A DNA stretch of 64,000 bases from an uncultured Planctomycetia bacterium (GTDB lineage: Bacteria; Omnitrophota; Gorgyraeia; Duberdicusellales; 4484-171). Both the position numbers and the translations under genes were made by a program. Positions 8,991-17,617 of the stretch are shown here, piece after piece. Below the pieces are notes generated by a model that was not told the origin of the DNA, made no database searches, and saw nothing but the letters and a program-made list of their open reading frames with translations. How positions within the stretch are numbered: the first letter of the stretch is position 1; every line of letters begins with the position of its first letter. Location of the stretch: positions 84,788 to 148,787 of the forward strand of contig CAZVQU010000001.1 of assembly GCA_964629655.1 (NCBI GenBank), read 5' to 3'.

Positions 8991-9014
8991 ATAATTTGTT
9001 ATAATTTGTTATAA
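8991..9014. repeat. 10-bp tandem direct repeat ATAATTTGTT x2.4 (candidate operator)
   Basis: ataatttgtt ataatttgtt ataa, 2 bp from the -35; degenerate copies at 8931-8954. Confidence 0.8.
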
Positions 9015-9015
9015 C

Positions 9016-9060
9016 CTTCTATATCTTGTATATATTTAGAACTACCACTATATATTGTAT
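9016..9060. promoter_or_regulatory. Pair of NrdR-box-like palindromes
   Basis: cttCTATATCTTGtat (9016-9031) and ccaCTATATATTGtat (9045-9060) versus consensus acaCwAtATaTwGtgt. Confidence 0.4.
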
Positions 9061-9155
9061 ACTTTTTACTTACCTATTGGTCTAAAAAAGGTAATGCTGG
9101 CTTTATGTTTAAGTGGTTATTTTTTAAGTTCTAAAATGGCTTTAAACCATATTGC

Positions 9156-10016
9156 CTAGCGGTTTAGGTTTAGGAAGGAATGGGCCAAATAAGAAGAACG
9201 GATATAGGGTGCACTTTTTACCCCTCGAAATCCAATTTTTCGGGCATATCTTTCAAAATAGCTAAATTTATCAGGATGGATATACTCTTTTAAAGGGTAG
9301 TGGCTTAAGGAAGGCGGCAAATATTGTCCGAGAGTCACAAAATCACAATCCACTCTCTTCAAGTCTATCAAGGCCTGGACAATCTCATCCTCTTCTTCAC
9401 CTAAACCCAGGATGAGACCGGACTTAGTAAAGACTTCTCTATTTACTTCTTTAATTAACCTTAAAACTTCTAATGATCTCCTGTAGTCAGCCCCTTTTCT
9501 TACCTCTATATATAGAGAAGCTGAAGTCTCTAAATTATGGCTAATGACCTTAGCCCTGCATCTAGCAACCTTTTCGACTAAATCTATTCTTCCTTTAAAG
9601 TCAGGTATTAGGATCTCCACTGTTCTTTCGGAGCCTAAACTCATAACTTCTTCTACTGTTTGACAAAAAAGACCTGCCCCCCCATCATCAAGGTCATCTC
9701 GGGTCGGTGAGGTTATCACTACATAATCTAGATTTAATCTTTTGACCGCCTCTTTTATCCGCCTAGGCTCTTCATAATCTATCAAGCAAGGCTTTTCCTT
9801 GCTAACTCCGCAAAAAGTACATCCCCTTGTGCAATTATCGCCTAAAATCATAAAAGTAGCAACTCCTTGATGAAAACACTCTGAGATATTAGGGCAAAAA
9901 GACTCTTCGCAAACGCTGTGCAGACGCAAATCCCTTAATATCCTCTTTACCTTGTGACAAGAGCCAAGAGTTATCCTCTTGCTCAACCATGGAGGTTTAG
10001 GAAAAACTTTAAGCAT
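9156..10016 (-). CDS. lipA: Lipoyl synthase
   Basis: CEESFCPNISEC, CTRGCTFC radical-SAM motif, C-terminal RSSY; ATG 10016 chosen over TTG 10022. Confidence 0.96.
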   Translation of the reverse strand: MLKVFPKPPWLSKRITLGSCHKVKRILRDLRLHSVCEESFCPNISECFHQGVATFMILGDNCTRGCTFCGVSKEKPCLIDYEEPRRIKEAVKRLNLDYVVITSPTRDDLDDGGAGLFCQTVEEVMSLGSERTVEILIPDFKGRIDLVEKVARCRAKVISHNLETSASLYIEVRKGADYRRSLEVLRLIKEVNREVFTKSGLILGLGEEEDEIVQALIDLKRVDCDFVTLGQYLPPSLSHYPLKEYIHPDKFSYFERYARKIGFRGVKSAPYIRSSYLAHSFLNLNR

Positions 10017-10821
10017 TTTCAAATATTTTATAGTTATTCCACTCTTTTGTTTTATACTTCTCTTTGAGAAAAAAAGTAACCTTTTCTTCCTCCGACTCCA
10101 AAAGCCTCTCTTGGCTAAATTCTACTCCAAAAGTAAGTTTAAAACTTGAATACAAAAGCGAGCTTAATGAGTCAAAGTTTAAGGATTTACCAAGAACTCC
10201 TTCCAAAGAGGTTGCTTGATCCTTGATATCTCCAGAATCTTTTATTGCTCTTCTGATATAAAAAGGGGCTATTTCTTGGGGAATGCTACCATGTTGAAAA
10301 ATAATATTTTTTCTGCGCCGTTGAGCATTGCCTCCGATTTTTTTCCCTTCGACTAGAAGATCGAGGTGCTGCCAGCTTGAAAAACAAAAATTCTTATATT
10401 CACCTAAGTTCTTCTCAATCTCCTGGCTCTTAGAATTTAAATCATTAGCAAAAGATGCTTTTAGTCCTAATTGACTATAAAAATGTTTGAGGAAAGAACA
10501 AATTATCCTGTAGGAAGCCTTAACTGCCTTAGGTAGGTTTAAATCTTCCAAGGAACAAACCAAGCTATAGGTAAGTTCTTTATGGTGGAGAATTGCTGAG
10601 CCCCCGGTTATCCTTCTAACAAAAGGAATTTCGCTTTTGGGGTTTAGAACCTCTCGAAAATTCTGATTATATCCTAAAGAAATAAAAGGCTTATCCCACC
10701 CATAGACCCTTAGAGTAGGAATTTTAAAAGAATTGTAGCCTAGCAAGATGGCTTCATCAACAGCCATATTGTAGTAGCCATCACATTTTTGGTCTAAAAT
10801 TAAACGCCAGGTTTTTCCCAT
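10009..10821 (-). CDS. Lipoate-protein ligase / octanoyltransferase (LipM/LplA family)
   Basis: YNMAVDEA, RRITGGSAILH, GKKIGGNAQRR, QHGSI. Confidence 0.9.
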   Translation of the reverse strand: MGKTWRLILDQKCDGYYNMAVDEAILLGYNSFKIPTLRVYGWDKPFISLGYNQNFREVLNPKSEIPFVRRITGGSAILHHKELTYSLVCSLEDLNLPKAVKASYRIICSFLKHFYSQLGLKASFANDLNSKSQEIEKNLGEYKNFCFSSWQHLDLLVEGKKIGGNAQRRRKNIIFQHGSIPQEIAPFYIRRAIKDSGDIKDQATSLEGVLGKSLNFDSLSSLLYSSFKLTFGVEFSQERLLESEEEKVTFFLKEKYKTKEWNNYKIFENA

Positions 10822-12251
10822 TTTAGATTCGGAAATCTTGCTGCTCTTACCTCATCAACTCTCTTTACTGGCGCCAGATGCGGAGAAGCCCTAACTCTCT
10901 CGCAGTCCAGATTGATTTCCTTGTCGATATCAATCATGGTTTGGATAAAATAATCTAGAGTCTGCTTGCTTTCACTCTCTGTAGGCTCTACCATCAAGGC
11001 CTCTTTAACGATTAAGGGAAAGTACATTGTCGGAGGGTGAATACCAAAATCGATTAACCTCTTGGCAACATCTAAAGCTGAGGCTCCTCTTTCTTTCTGG
11101 CTTTGGCAGGTAAAAACCACCTCATGCATACACTTCTTAGGAAAAGCTACTTGATAGTAATTCTTTAATTTCTCCCTTATATAATTAGCAGACAGGGTGG
11201 AATTGTAAGCTACCCGCAAGAGCCCGTCTCTACCTAAACGTAAAATATAGGCATAGGCTCTTACTAAGACTCCGAAGTTGCCATAGAAACTCCTCAACCG
11301 GCCAATAGAGTATTTTACCTGATAATCGAGATAAAACTTATTATTATCTTTTTTCACTAATGGCGTCGGGAGAAAATCTTCTAATACTCCACTAACTCCT
11401 ACTGCACCAGCACCCGGGCCGCCACAACCATGAGGTGTAGAAAAAGTCTTATGGAAATTAAGATGAACTGCATCAAATCCCATAAGAGATGGCTTTGTTA
11501 TACCTAGTAAGGGGTTAAAATTTGCTCCATCATAATAAAGAAACCCCCCTTTTTCATGGATAATATCACTTATGGTAAGAATGTCCTCTTCAAACAAACC
11601 TAAGGTATTGGGATTAGTAAGCATGATAGCGGCTACGCTCGCATCAACCATATCCCTTAGTTTGTCAATGTCTATCAACCCATCTGGATTGCTCTCTATA
11701 ACTTGGACCTGGTATCCGCACATTGAAACAGTAGCCGGATTTGTTCCATGAGCTGAGTCAGGAATGATTACCTTAGTTTTTTTATTACCTTTAATCTCAT
11801 GGAATTTACGAATCATCAACATTCCGGCTAACTCTCCATGAGCACCACTAGAAGGTTGGAAGGTAAACCGTTTCATACCGGTCAACTCAATCAATAACTC
11901 CTCTAAATTATACATTAGCTCCAAAGCACCTTGAATATCTTGTGGCACTTGGTAGGGATGAATATTAGTAAACCCCTCTAGTCGTGCCAAATCTTCATTG
12001 ATCTTTGGATTATACTTCATGGTACAAGAACCGAGAGGATAAAAGTTGGTGTCGACAGAAAAATTCAGTTCTGCCAGGCGTAAATAGTGACGAATAACAT
12101 CTAACTCCCCAAAATTAGGCAGAGGTAAATGAGTCCTGAGTAAACTTTTAGGAAAAATGTCCTCTAACTTTTTCAAGGGAACTTTAGGTTTTTCTAAGTA
12201 AGAGGTCTTTTCAGGATTTTTATCTTTATCAAATATAACTCTTCTATCCAT
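10800..12251 (-). CDS. gcvPB: Glycine dehydrogenase subunit 2
   Basis: YPLGSCTMKYNP, HLNFHKTFSTPHGCGGPG PLP site, MVEPTESE. Confidence 0.96.
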   Translation of the reverse strand: MDRRVIFDKDKNPEKTSYLEKPKVPLKKLEDIFPKSLLRTHLPLPNFGELDVIRHYLRLAELNFSVDTNFYPLGSCTMKYNPKINEDLARLEGFTNIHPYQVPQDIQGALELMYNLEELLIELTGMKRFTFQPSSGAHGELAGMLMIRKFHEIKGNKKTKVIIPDSAHGTNPATVSMCGYQVQVIESNPDGLIDIDKLRDMVDASVAAIMLTNPNTLGLFEEDILTISDIIHEKGGFLYYDGANFNPLLGITKPSLMGFDAVHLNFHKTFSTPHGCGGPGAGAVGVSGVLEDFLPTPLVKKDNNKFYLDYQVKYSIGRLRSFYGNFGVLVRAYAYILRLGRDGLLRVAYNSTLSANYIREKLKNYYQVAFPKKCMHEVVFTCQSQKERGASALDVAKRLIDFGIHPPTMYFPLIVKEALMVEPTESESKQTLDYFIQTMIDIDKEINLDCERVRASPHLAPVKRVDEVRAARFPNLKWEKPGV

Positions 12252-13590
12252 GAAGCACCTCAGCTAATGTATTAACGAAATCATCTATCTCTTCTTTGCT
12301 CTTTTTTTCTGTACAGCAGCTTAGGATACTATTTTTATATCGGTCCGACTTATCCCCTAGATAATAACCAGCAATTATATTCTTCTTATATAGCTCTTCG
12401 ATTATTCGCGGTGCAGCTTCAGTCTCCCAAACAAACTCATTAAAAACACGAGGAGAATGGGGAATTCTGACTCCTCTTACCTCTTTTAAACGCTGATAAA
12501 GGTACTGGGTATTACTTAAAGAATATAGAGCTAGATCTTTCAAACCGTCTCTACCGATTAAGGAAAGATAAACCGCCGCCGCTATTGCGTTTAAGGATTG
12601 ATTGGAACAAATGTTGCTAGTAGCTTTTTCTCTTCTTATATGTTGCTCTCTGGTTTGGAGAGTGAGGCAATAGGCATCGCTTCTCTCCCGGTCTTTAGTC
12701 TTGCCAACGACTCTTCCTGGCATCTGCCTCAAATAATCTTTATTAACGGTTAAGAAACCAAATGATGGCCCGCCAAAATTCAGTCCGCCGCCTAAAGGTT
12801 GCCCATCACCACAAGTAATATCTACGCCTAAAGACCCCGGCTCTTTAAAAATCGCCAAAGACAAGGGGTTAGTAAGCATAATCGCTAAGGAACCCTTGGA
12901 CTTTGCTATTGCAGACAATTCACCAACGTCCTCGATGAGACCAAGAAAGTTGGGGCTTGAAAACACACAAGAAGCAGTGTCGTCATCAATGGCTCTCTTC
13001 AAGGCTTCCCTGTCTACTAAACCATTGCCCCCTGCTACTATCTCTTGGATAATGAAATCAAAACCGCTTAAGTAGGTATAAAGAGTCTCTTTATACTCGG
13101 GATGGATAACGCCAGCAAGGAGAATTTTCCTACGCTTAGTTATTCGTAAACTCATAAGTATAGCTTCGCTAAGGGCAGAGGCACCATCAAGTAACGAAGC
13201 GTTAGAAACATCCATGCCAGTTAAAAGACACAAAAAACTCTGATACTCATATATGGTTTGCAGGATTCCTTGGGAACATTCTGCCTGGTAAGGAGTATAG
13301 GCGGTAAGAAATTGGGAGCGAGAAAGAATAAATGGTAAAGCCGCAGGAATATAGTGATCGTAACACCCAGCTCCTAAGAATGAGTTGAACTTATCGACAG
13401 GGTTATTCTTCTCGGAAAGCTTCTTTATTATTCTCTTCACCTCTTGCTCACTCTTAGAATCAGGTATATTAAGTGGGGTGTCTAACTTTACCTTGGAAGG
13501 CAATAAAGAGCATAGCTCCTCTAGGGAGCTGGCCCCAATAGCCTTAAGCATCTCTTTGACATCTTTTTTTGTATTAAGAATATACGGCAT
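12244..13590 (-). CDS. gcvPA: Glycine dehydrogenase subunit 1
   Basis: FLTAYTPYQAECSQG, QTREQHIRREKATSNICSNQ. Confidence 0.96.
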   Translation of the reverse strand: MPYILNTKKDVKEMLKAIGASSLEELCSLLPSKVKLDTPLNIPDSKSEQEVKRIIKKLSEKNNPVDKFNSFLGAGCYDHYIPAALPFILSRSQFLTAYTPYQAECSQGILQTIYEYQSFLCLLTGMDVSNASLLDGASALSEAILMSLRITKRRKILLAGVIHPEYKETLYTYLSGFDFIIQEIVAGGNGLVDREALKRAIDDDTASCVFSSPNFLGLIEDVGELSAIAKSKGSLAIMLTNPLSLAIFKEPGSLGVDITCGDGQPLGGGLNFGGPSFGFLTVNKDYLRQMPGRVVGKTKDRERSDAYCLTLQTREQHIRREKATSNICSNQSLNAIAAAVYLSLIGRDGLKDLALYSLSNTQYLYQRLKEVRGVRIPHSPRVFNEFVWETEAAPRIIEELYKKNIIAGYYLGDKSDRYKNSILSCCTEKKSKEEIDDFVNTLAEVLHG

Positions 13591-13620
13591 AATTATAGTT
13601 GTAAGCTTTATCTTATTAAT

Positions 13621-14001
13621 TTAATGGGTTTCTTTATCAACGAGCTCTTTATAGACGTTCTCATCTAAGAGGCCGTCGAGTTCAACAAGATTATCCAATC
13701 TCACCTTAGCCATCCAGCCTTTATCAAGGGCAGACTCATTTATCCAGTGAGGATTATTAACCAAGTCGCTATTTACCTGAATTACTTCACCACTTACCGG
13801 TGAATACAATTCACTAGCTGCTTTTGTAGATTCAATAGTTCCAAATTGAGTTGCTCTTTTTATTCCGTCTCCGGGTTTAGGTAATTCAATAAAAACTATA
13901 TCTCCTAATTGACTTTGAGCATAATCAGTTATTCCTACCGTAGCCACATCTCCTTGGACTCTTACCCACTCATGAGACTTAGTGAATTTAATATCCGACA
14001 T
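13621..14001 (-). CDS. gcvH: Glycine cleavage system H protein
   Basis: SHEWV, GITDYAQSQLGDIVF, IESTKA lipoyl lysine. Confidence 0.97.
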   Translation of the reverse strand: MSDIKFTKSHEWVRVQGDVATVGITDYAQSQLGDIVFIELPKPGDGIKRATQFGTIESTKAASELYSPVSGEVIQVNSDLVNNPHWINESALDKGWMAKVRLDNLVELDGLLDENVYKELVDKETH

Positions 14002-15162
14002 TTAAACCTCCTTAGCTGCTCTTATGCCTTTTGTTTTTATACTTACAAAAGGGAATTTAGTCATTTCTGCTTTGTATAATTTACCTCTTACCTCTACGCT
14101 TACCTCACCGCCAATTTTAACATAATCCTTACCTAAGCAGGCCATGCCAATAAATTTACCAAGATTAGGTGAATATGTTCCGCTAGATACCTTACCAATT
14201 ACTCTTGTTCTCCCTGGGGAGATATCTTCGTTTACCCCTAAAGGGACGGCTTCACCTGCTGAATATATAGAATATCCTTGCCGGGGGATAGCCCGCTCCT
14301 GCATAATGAACCCTACTCTTTTTCTTTTTACGCCACCACTCTTTATCTTAAAAAGTTCCTCTTTACCAATAAAATCCTTACTTAGCTTAACTGCCCAACC
14401 TAAACAAGCTTCATAAGGATTAATAGTATCATCTATCTCCTGGCCATACAAAGGATAACCAGCTTCAATGCGTAAGATATCCCGGGAGCCTAAACCGCAA
14501 GGTTTAAGCTCGAAATCCCGGCCTTCGGCAATCAGCTTATCCCACCACTTGCTGCTATTTTCCCAAGGAAGATATATCTCGAACCCATCTTCACCGGTGT
14601 AGCCGCTGCGAGAGATAATAATCTCTTCTCCTTCTATCTGAATTTCTTTAAAAAATAAATACCCAAGATCAGTTTCTTCACGGCTAAAAACCTTCTCGAT
14701 AACTTTAGCTGCATTCGGCCCTTGGATAGATATAAGAGAGTACTCCTTACTCTTATCTATTACCTCTACTTCCGACTGGATATTGCTATTAAGCCATTTA
14801 AATACTTTATCTTTGTTAGAAGCATTGACCACACAAAAAAAACTATTTTTCATGCGATAAACCATCAAATCATCAATAATACACCCGGACTCATTTAAGA
14901 AAAGATTATATTGCATCTGCCCGGCACTAATAGTTGAAAAATCGTTGGAGACGAGCTCTTGTAAAAAAGAAAAAGCACCGGGGCCTCTTATCACTATCTC
15001 ACCCATATGAGAAGCATCGAAAAGACCGCAAGACTTACGCACAGCCTCAGCCTCAGCTAGCGTACTCTTATACTTTACCGGAAGAGCCCAACCTGAGAAA
15101 TCAACGATTCGGCCCTTGTTTTGAAGATGTTTCTGATAAAAAGGGGTTTTTTTTAAATCCAT
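14002..15162 (-). CDS. gcvT: Glycine cleavage system aminomethyltransferase T
   Basis: LKKTPFY, LFDASHMGEI, SRSGYTGEDGFEI, GLGSRDILRIEAG; start moved to ATG 15162. Confidence 0.96.
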   Translation of the reverse strand: MDLKKTPFYQKHLQNKGRIVDFSGWALPVKYKSTLAEAEAVRKSCGLFDASHMGEIVIRGPGAFSFLQELVSNDFSTISAGQMQYNLFLNESGCIIDDLMVYRMKNSFFCVVNASNKDKVFKWLNSNIQSEVEVIDKSKEYSLISIQGPNAAKVIEKVFSREETDLGYLFFKEIQIEGEEIIISRSGYTGEDGFEIYLPWENSSKWWDKLIAEGRDFELKPCGLGSRDILRIEAGYPLYGQEIDDTINPYEACLGWAVKLSKDFIGKEELFKIKSGGVKRKRVGFIMQERAIPRQGYSIYSAGEAVPLGVNEDISPGRTRVIGKVSSGTYSPNLGKFIGMACLGKDYVKIGGEVSVEVRGKLYKAEMTKFPFVSIKTKGIRAAKEV

Positions 15163-15221
15163 TTTTAATAAGCGCATCACTTATGGAGTATGAGCTCTCG
15201 TAGGCGATAAGTGCGAATTAG

Positions 15222-15250
15222 ATTTTATCATATAATTCTATAAATGTAAG
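15222..15250 (-). promoter_or_regulatory. Sigma70-type promoter of the gcv-lip operon
   Basis: CTTACA-17 nt-TAAAAT with extended -10 TG. Confidence 0.5.
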
Positions 15251-15306
15251 AGTCTTTTTTATTGGCTCCTCAAAAGAAATTCTCAATCAAAATGCGATAC
15301 TCGCAC

Positions 15307-15531
15307 TCAGCTAACATCACTTATCTCGACTACTTTATCCCTCTCCTTCTTACCTTTGATTATACTTATATTATACTTCCTCTTATTGTAATAAGCTGAA
15401 AGCACCTCTATTAATTCTTTGTTTGCCTTGCCTTCGGCTGCCGGAGAATTAAGATATACCTTAAGGCCTTGGTTGAAGGAGCAAACTCTAACTTTAGAAG
15501 CATTAGGGACTACCCTTACTTGGACTTTCAT
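15307..15531 (-). CDS. DUF167 (YggU/UPF0235) family protein
   Basis: VRVVPNA, PAAEGKANKELI, IIKG...RDK. Confidence 0.88.
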   Translation of the reverse strand: MKVQVRVVPNASKVRVCSFNQGLKVYLNSPAAEGKANKELIEVLSAYYNKRKYNISIIKGKKERDKVVEISDVS

Positions 15532-16387
15532 CGCCTTGGGCCTCGATAGTATGGAGTTTGGAAGAAATATTCTCTATTCTTTTGGATAGGTCGTCATACT
15601 TTGAACTCGCGCTTCTTATATGTGTCCCCAAAGTCCCATAATCACGTATAAAAACAACAACATCTTTTTCTAATCTCTTTAAGTTATCATAAATCTGCCG
15701 AGCCTTTTTCTCTATCTTTATTGCCTGGAAGCCAACAAGAATAGTCTTTAAATATGCATATAAAGTACTCGGGCCGACAACGAATACCTTTTTCTGATTG
15801 GCAAATTCCAAGGCTTCAGTCTCGGTAATAATAAAATAATATATCGCTTCTGAAGGAACGTACATTAAGGCGAAATCACTTGTTCCCTCGTCAGGATAAA
15901 TATAAGTAGCTGTTTCTAGTATTCTTTTTTTTATGCTTTCAAGACAAACCCGCCGCTGGGCCTTCTTGTCAGCCTCTTTGGCATCAATATAATTTTTAAA
16001 CGACTCAAGAGAAAACTTCGCATCTATAGGTACAATTACTGTCGGGAGCTTAATGGCAAAATCTACTCGTTTGCCGTCCCTAAATCCATGCTGAGAGACA
16101 ATAACCTCTTTGGGTAAGATATCTCTAAGCAAATTCTCTAAGATACTCTCTCCGAGGATCCCTCTTGTCTTGGTTGGTTTCAAAATATCATGGAAAGATT
16201 TAGTAAGTTGTAAAATCTCCTGGCTTCCTCTATCTAATCCTCCAATTCTCTCATAAAGTTTAGATATTCCCTCGGCTACTGTTTTCTGCGAATTAAGAAA
16301 GTTGCTCTCTTTTCCCAATTTAAAAATAAGGATAAAGAGAATAATCAGAATTACACCTAGTATTGTAAAAAGGAGATAAGTTGTCAT
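15503..16387 (-). CDS. rmuC: DNA recombination protein RmuC family (short form)
   Basis: N-terminal TM, RGILGE, PIDAKF, TSDFALMYVPSEAIY, GPSTL. Confidence 0.9.
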   Translation of the reverse strand: MTTYLLFTILGVILIILFILIFKLGKESNFLNSQKTVAEGISKLYERIGGLDRGSQEILQLTKSFHDILKPTKTRGILGESILENLLRDILPKEVIVSQHGFRDGKRVDFAIKLPTVIVPIDAKFSLESFKNYIDAKEADKKAQRRVCLESIKKRILETATYIYPDEGTSDFALMYVPSEAIYYFIITETEALEFANQKKVFVVGPSTLYAYLKTILVGFQAIKIEKKARQIYDNLKRLEKDVVVFIRDYGTLGTHIRSASSKYDDLSKRIENISSKLHTIEAQGDESPSKGSP

Positions 16388-16398
16388 GATATAAACTT

Positions 16399-16950
16399 TT
16401 ATTTAAGGAGAGAAATCGCTTTGCTGTAAATATCTTTAACTTCGGACATCCTCCCCTCTCCGTAAACACCGCAGGCTAGTTCGCCCTTCTCGGGAGGCAT
16501 AAAAGAATACTTTTTTATCCCCTTCAACTTCCTAACGTTCTCGACAATTATAGGATTCTTCCACATATTCTCATTCATGGCTGGAGAAAACAAAACTTTT
16601 GTCTCCTTATCTAATGCTGAGACTACTGTAGTAAGAAGGTTGTCGCAAATACCACAAGCTATCTTGGAAAGAGTGTTAGCTGAGGCTGGAGCAATCACGC
16701 ACAGGCCAGCCCATTGAGAGAGGCTTATGTGTTGAATTTTCTCCTCTTTTATCAAGCCAAACATATCCACATATACTGGGTTCTGAGAAAGTTCCTGGAA
16801 GAGTAAAGGTGAGACGAACTTTGTTGCGGCTTCAGTCATCATCACTTTAACTGGATATCCGCCTTTTACGAATAAACGGATTAATTCGCAACTCTTATAG
16901 GAAGCGATTCCTCCGGTTATTCCTATTAAAATGTTCTTATTCTTTCTCAT
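16399..16950 (-). CDS. coaC: Phosphopantothenoylcysteine decarboxylase (stand-alone CoaC half)
   Basis: GITGGIASYK, HISL, APASANTLSK, PAMNENMW, GELACG. Confidence 0.9.
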   Translation of the reverse strand: MRKNKNILIGITGGIASYKSCELIRLFVKGGYPVKVMMTEAATKFVSPLLFQELSQNPVYVDMFGLIKEEKIQHISLSQWAGLCVIAPASANTLSKIACGICDNLLTTVVSALDKETKVLFSPAMNENMWKNPIIVENVRKLKGIKKYSFMPPEKGELACGVYGEGRMSEVKDIYSKAISLLK

Positions 16951-16999
16951 AAACAAGCCTTATTGTAATCTAATGTGTTCCGGTTGTAAACCTTAATAA

Positions 17000-17611
17000 T
17001 CAAGAACGGATAACTTTATCCAAGGCAGTCAAAAGGAGGTTGCGTGACCCCAAAAAAATAACCTTTTTATCTTTACCAATCAAAAAACCCTTATATCCAG
17101 CTTGCAAATCCTCCAAAGCATTAGCAACTACAAAATCACTTTTATTCTCTCTTAAGCTCTTGTAAGCCTTACTTACAATCCCCTTCCGTTTAGGTTCTAA
17201 TTTGAATTGGATAAGTAATGACTTAGAAGCTAAGCTACGTATACGTTTTATAACCTTTTCTGTGGGAATTAATTTTAAACTTATGCTTTTACCTGAAGGA
17301 ATTTTTCCCTTCAAACGCCTCTTTAATTTATAATCACTTACTGCTGCACAATGGATAATAGCATCATAGTGTTGTTTTTTAATTGCCTTAGAAACTTCCC
17401 TTTTAAATTCCTCGAAATAGCAATAAGAAATAACCTTCAGGCCCTTTATCTTGCCTAAACAATGAAGATTTGCTAAAAGTGTAACTGAATGGCCTTTCTT
17501 TTTTAGGCCCCAAGCTAAATGCAAACCGGTCTTACCAGTAAAACGATTTGTAAGAATTCGGACATCATCTATTTTGGCCCAGGTAGAACCAGCAGTAACT
17601 AATACTCGCAT
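17000..17611 (-). CDS. coaB: Phosphopantothenate-cysteine ligase (stand-alone CoaB half)
   Basis: VLVTAG.T...ID.VR.LTN.FTGK.G, HCAAVSDY, FKLE, VVAN. Confidence 0.88.
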   Translation of the reverse strand: MRVLVTAGSTWAKIDDVRILTNRFTGKTGLHLAWGLKKKGHSVTLLANLHCLGKIKGLKVISYCYFEEFKREVSKAIKKQHYDAIIHCAAVSDYKLKRRLKGKIPSGKSISLKLIPTEKVIKRIRSLASKSLLIQFKLEPKRKGIVSKAYKSLRENKSDFVVANALEDLQAGYKGFLIGKDKKVIFLGSRNLLLTALDKVIRS

Positions 17612-17617
17612 TTGAAT

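Noticed and set aside
8936-9155. AT-rich intergenic region as replication origin or CRISPR array
   Set aside because: No DnaA boxes (TTATCCACA) and no repeat-spacer periodicity; repeats are 10 bp and directly adjacent
15163-15306. Glycine riboswitch upstream of gcvT
   Set aside because: No GGAGA/CCGAAG/CUCUCAGG aptamer motifs on the - strand and the leader is too short
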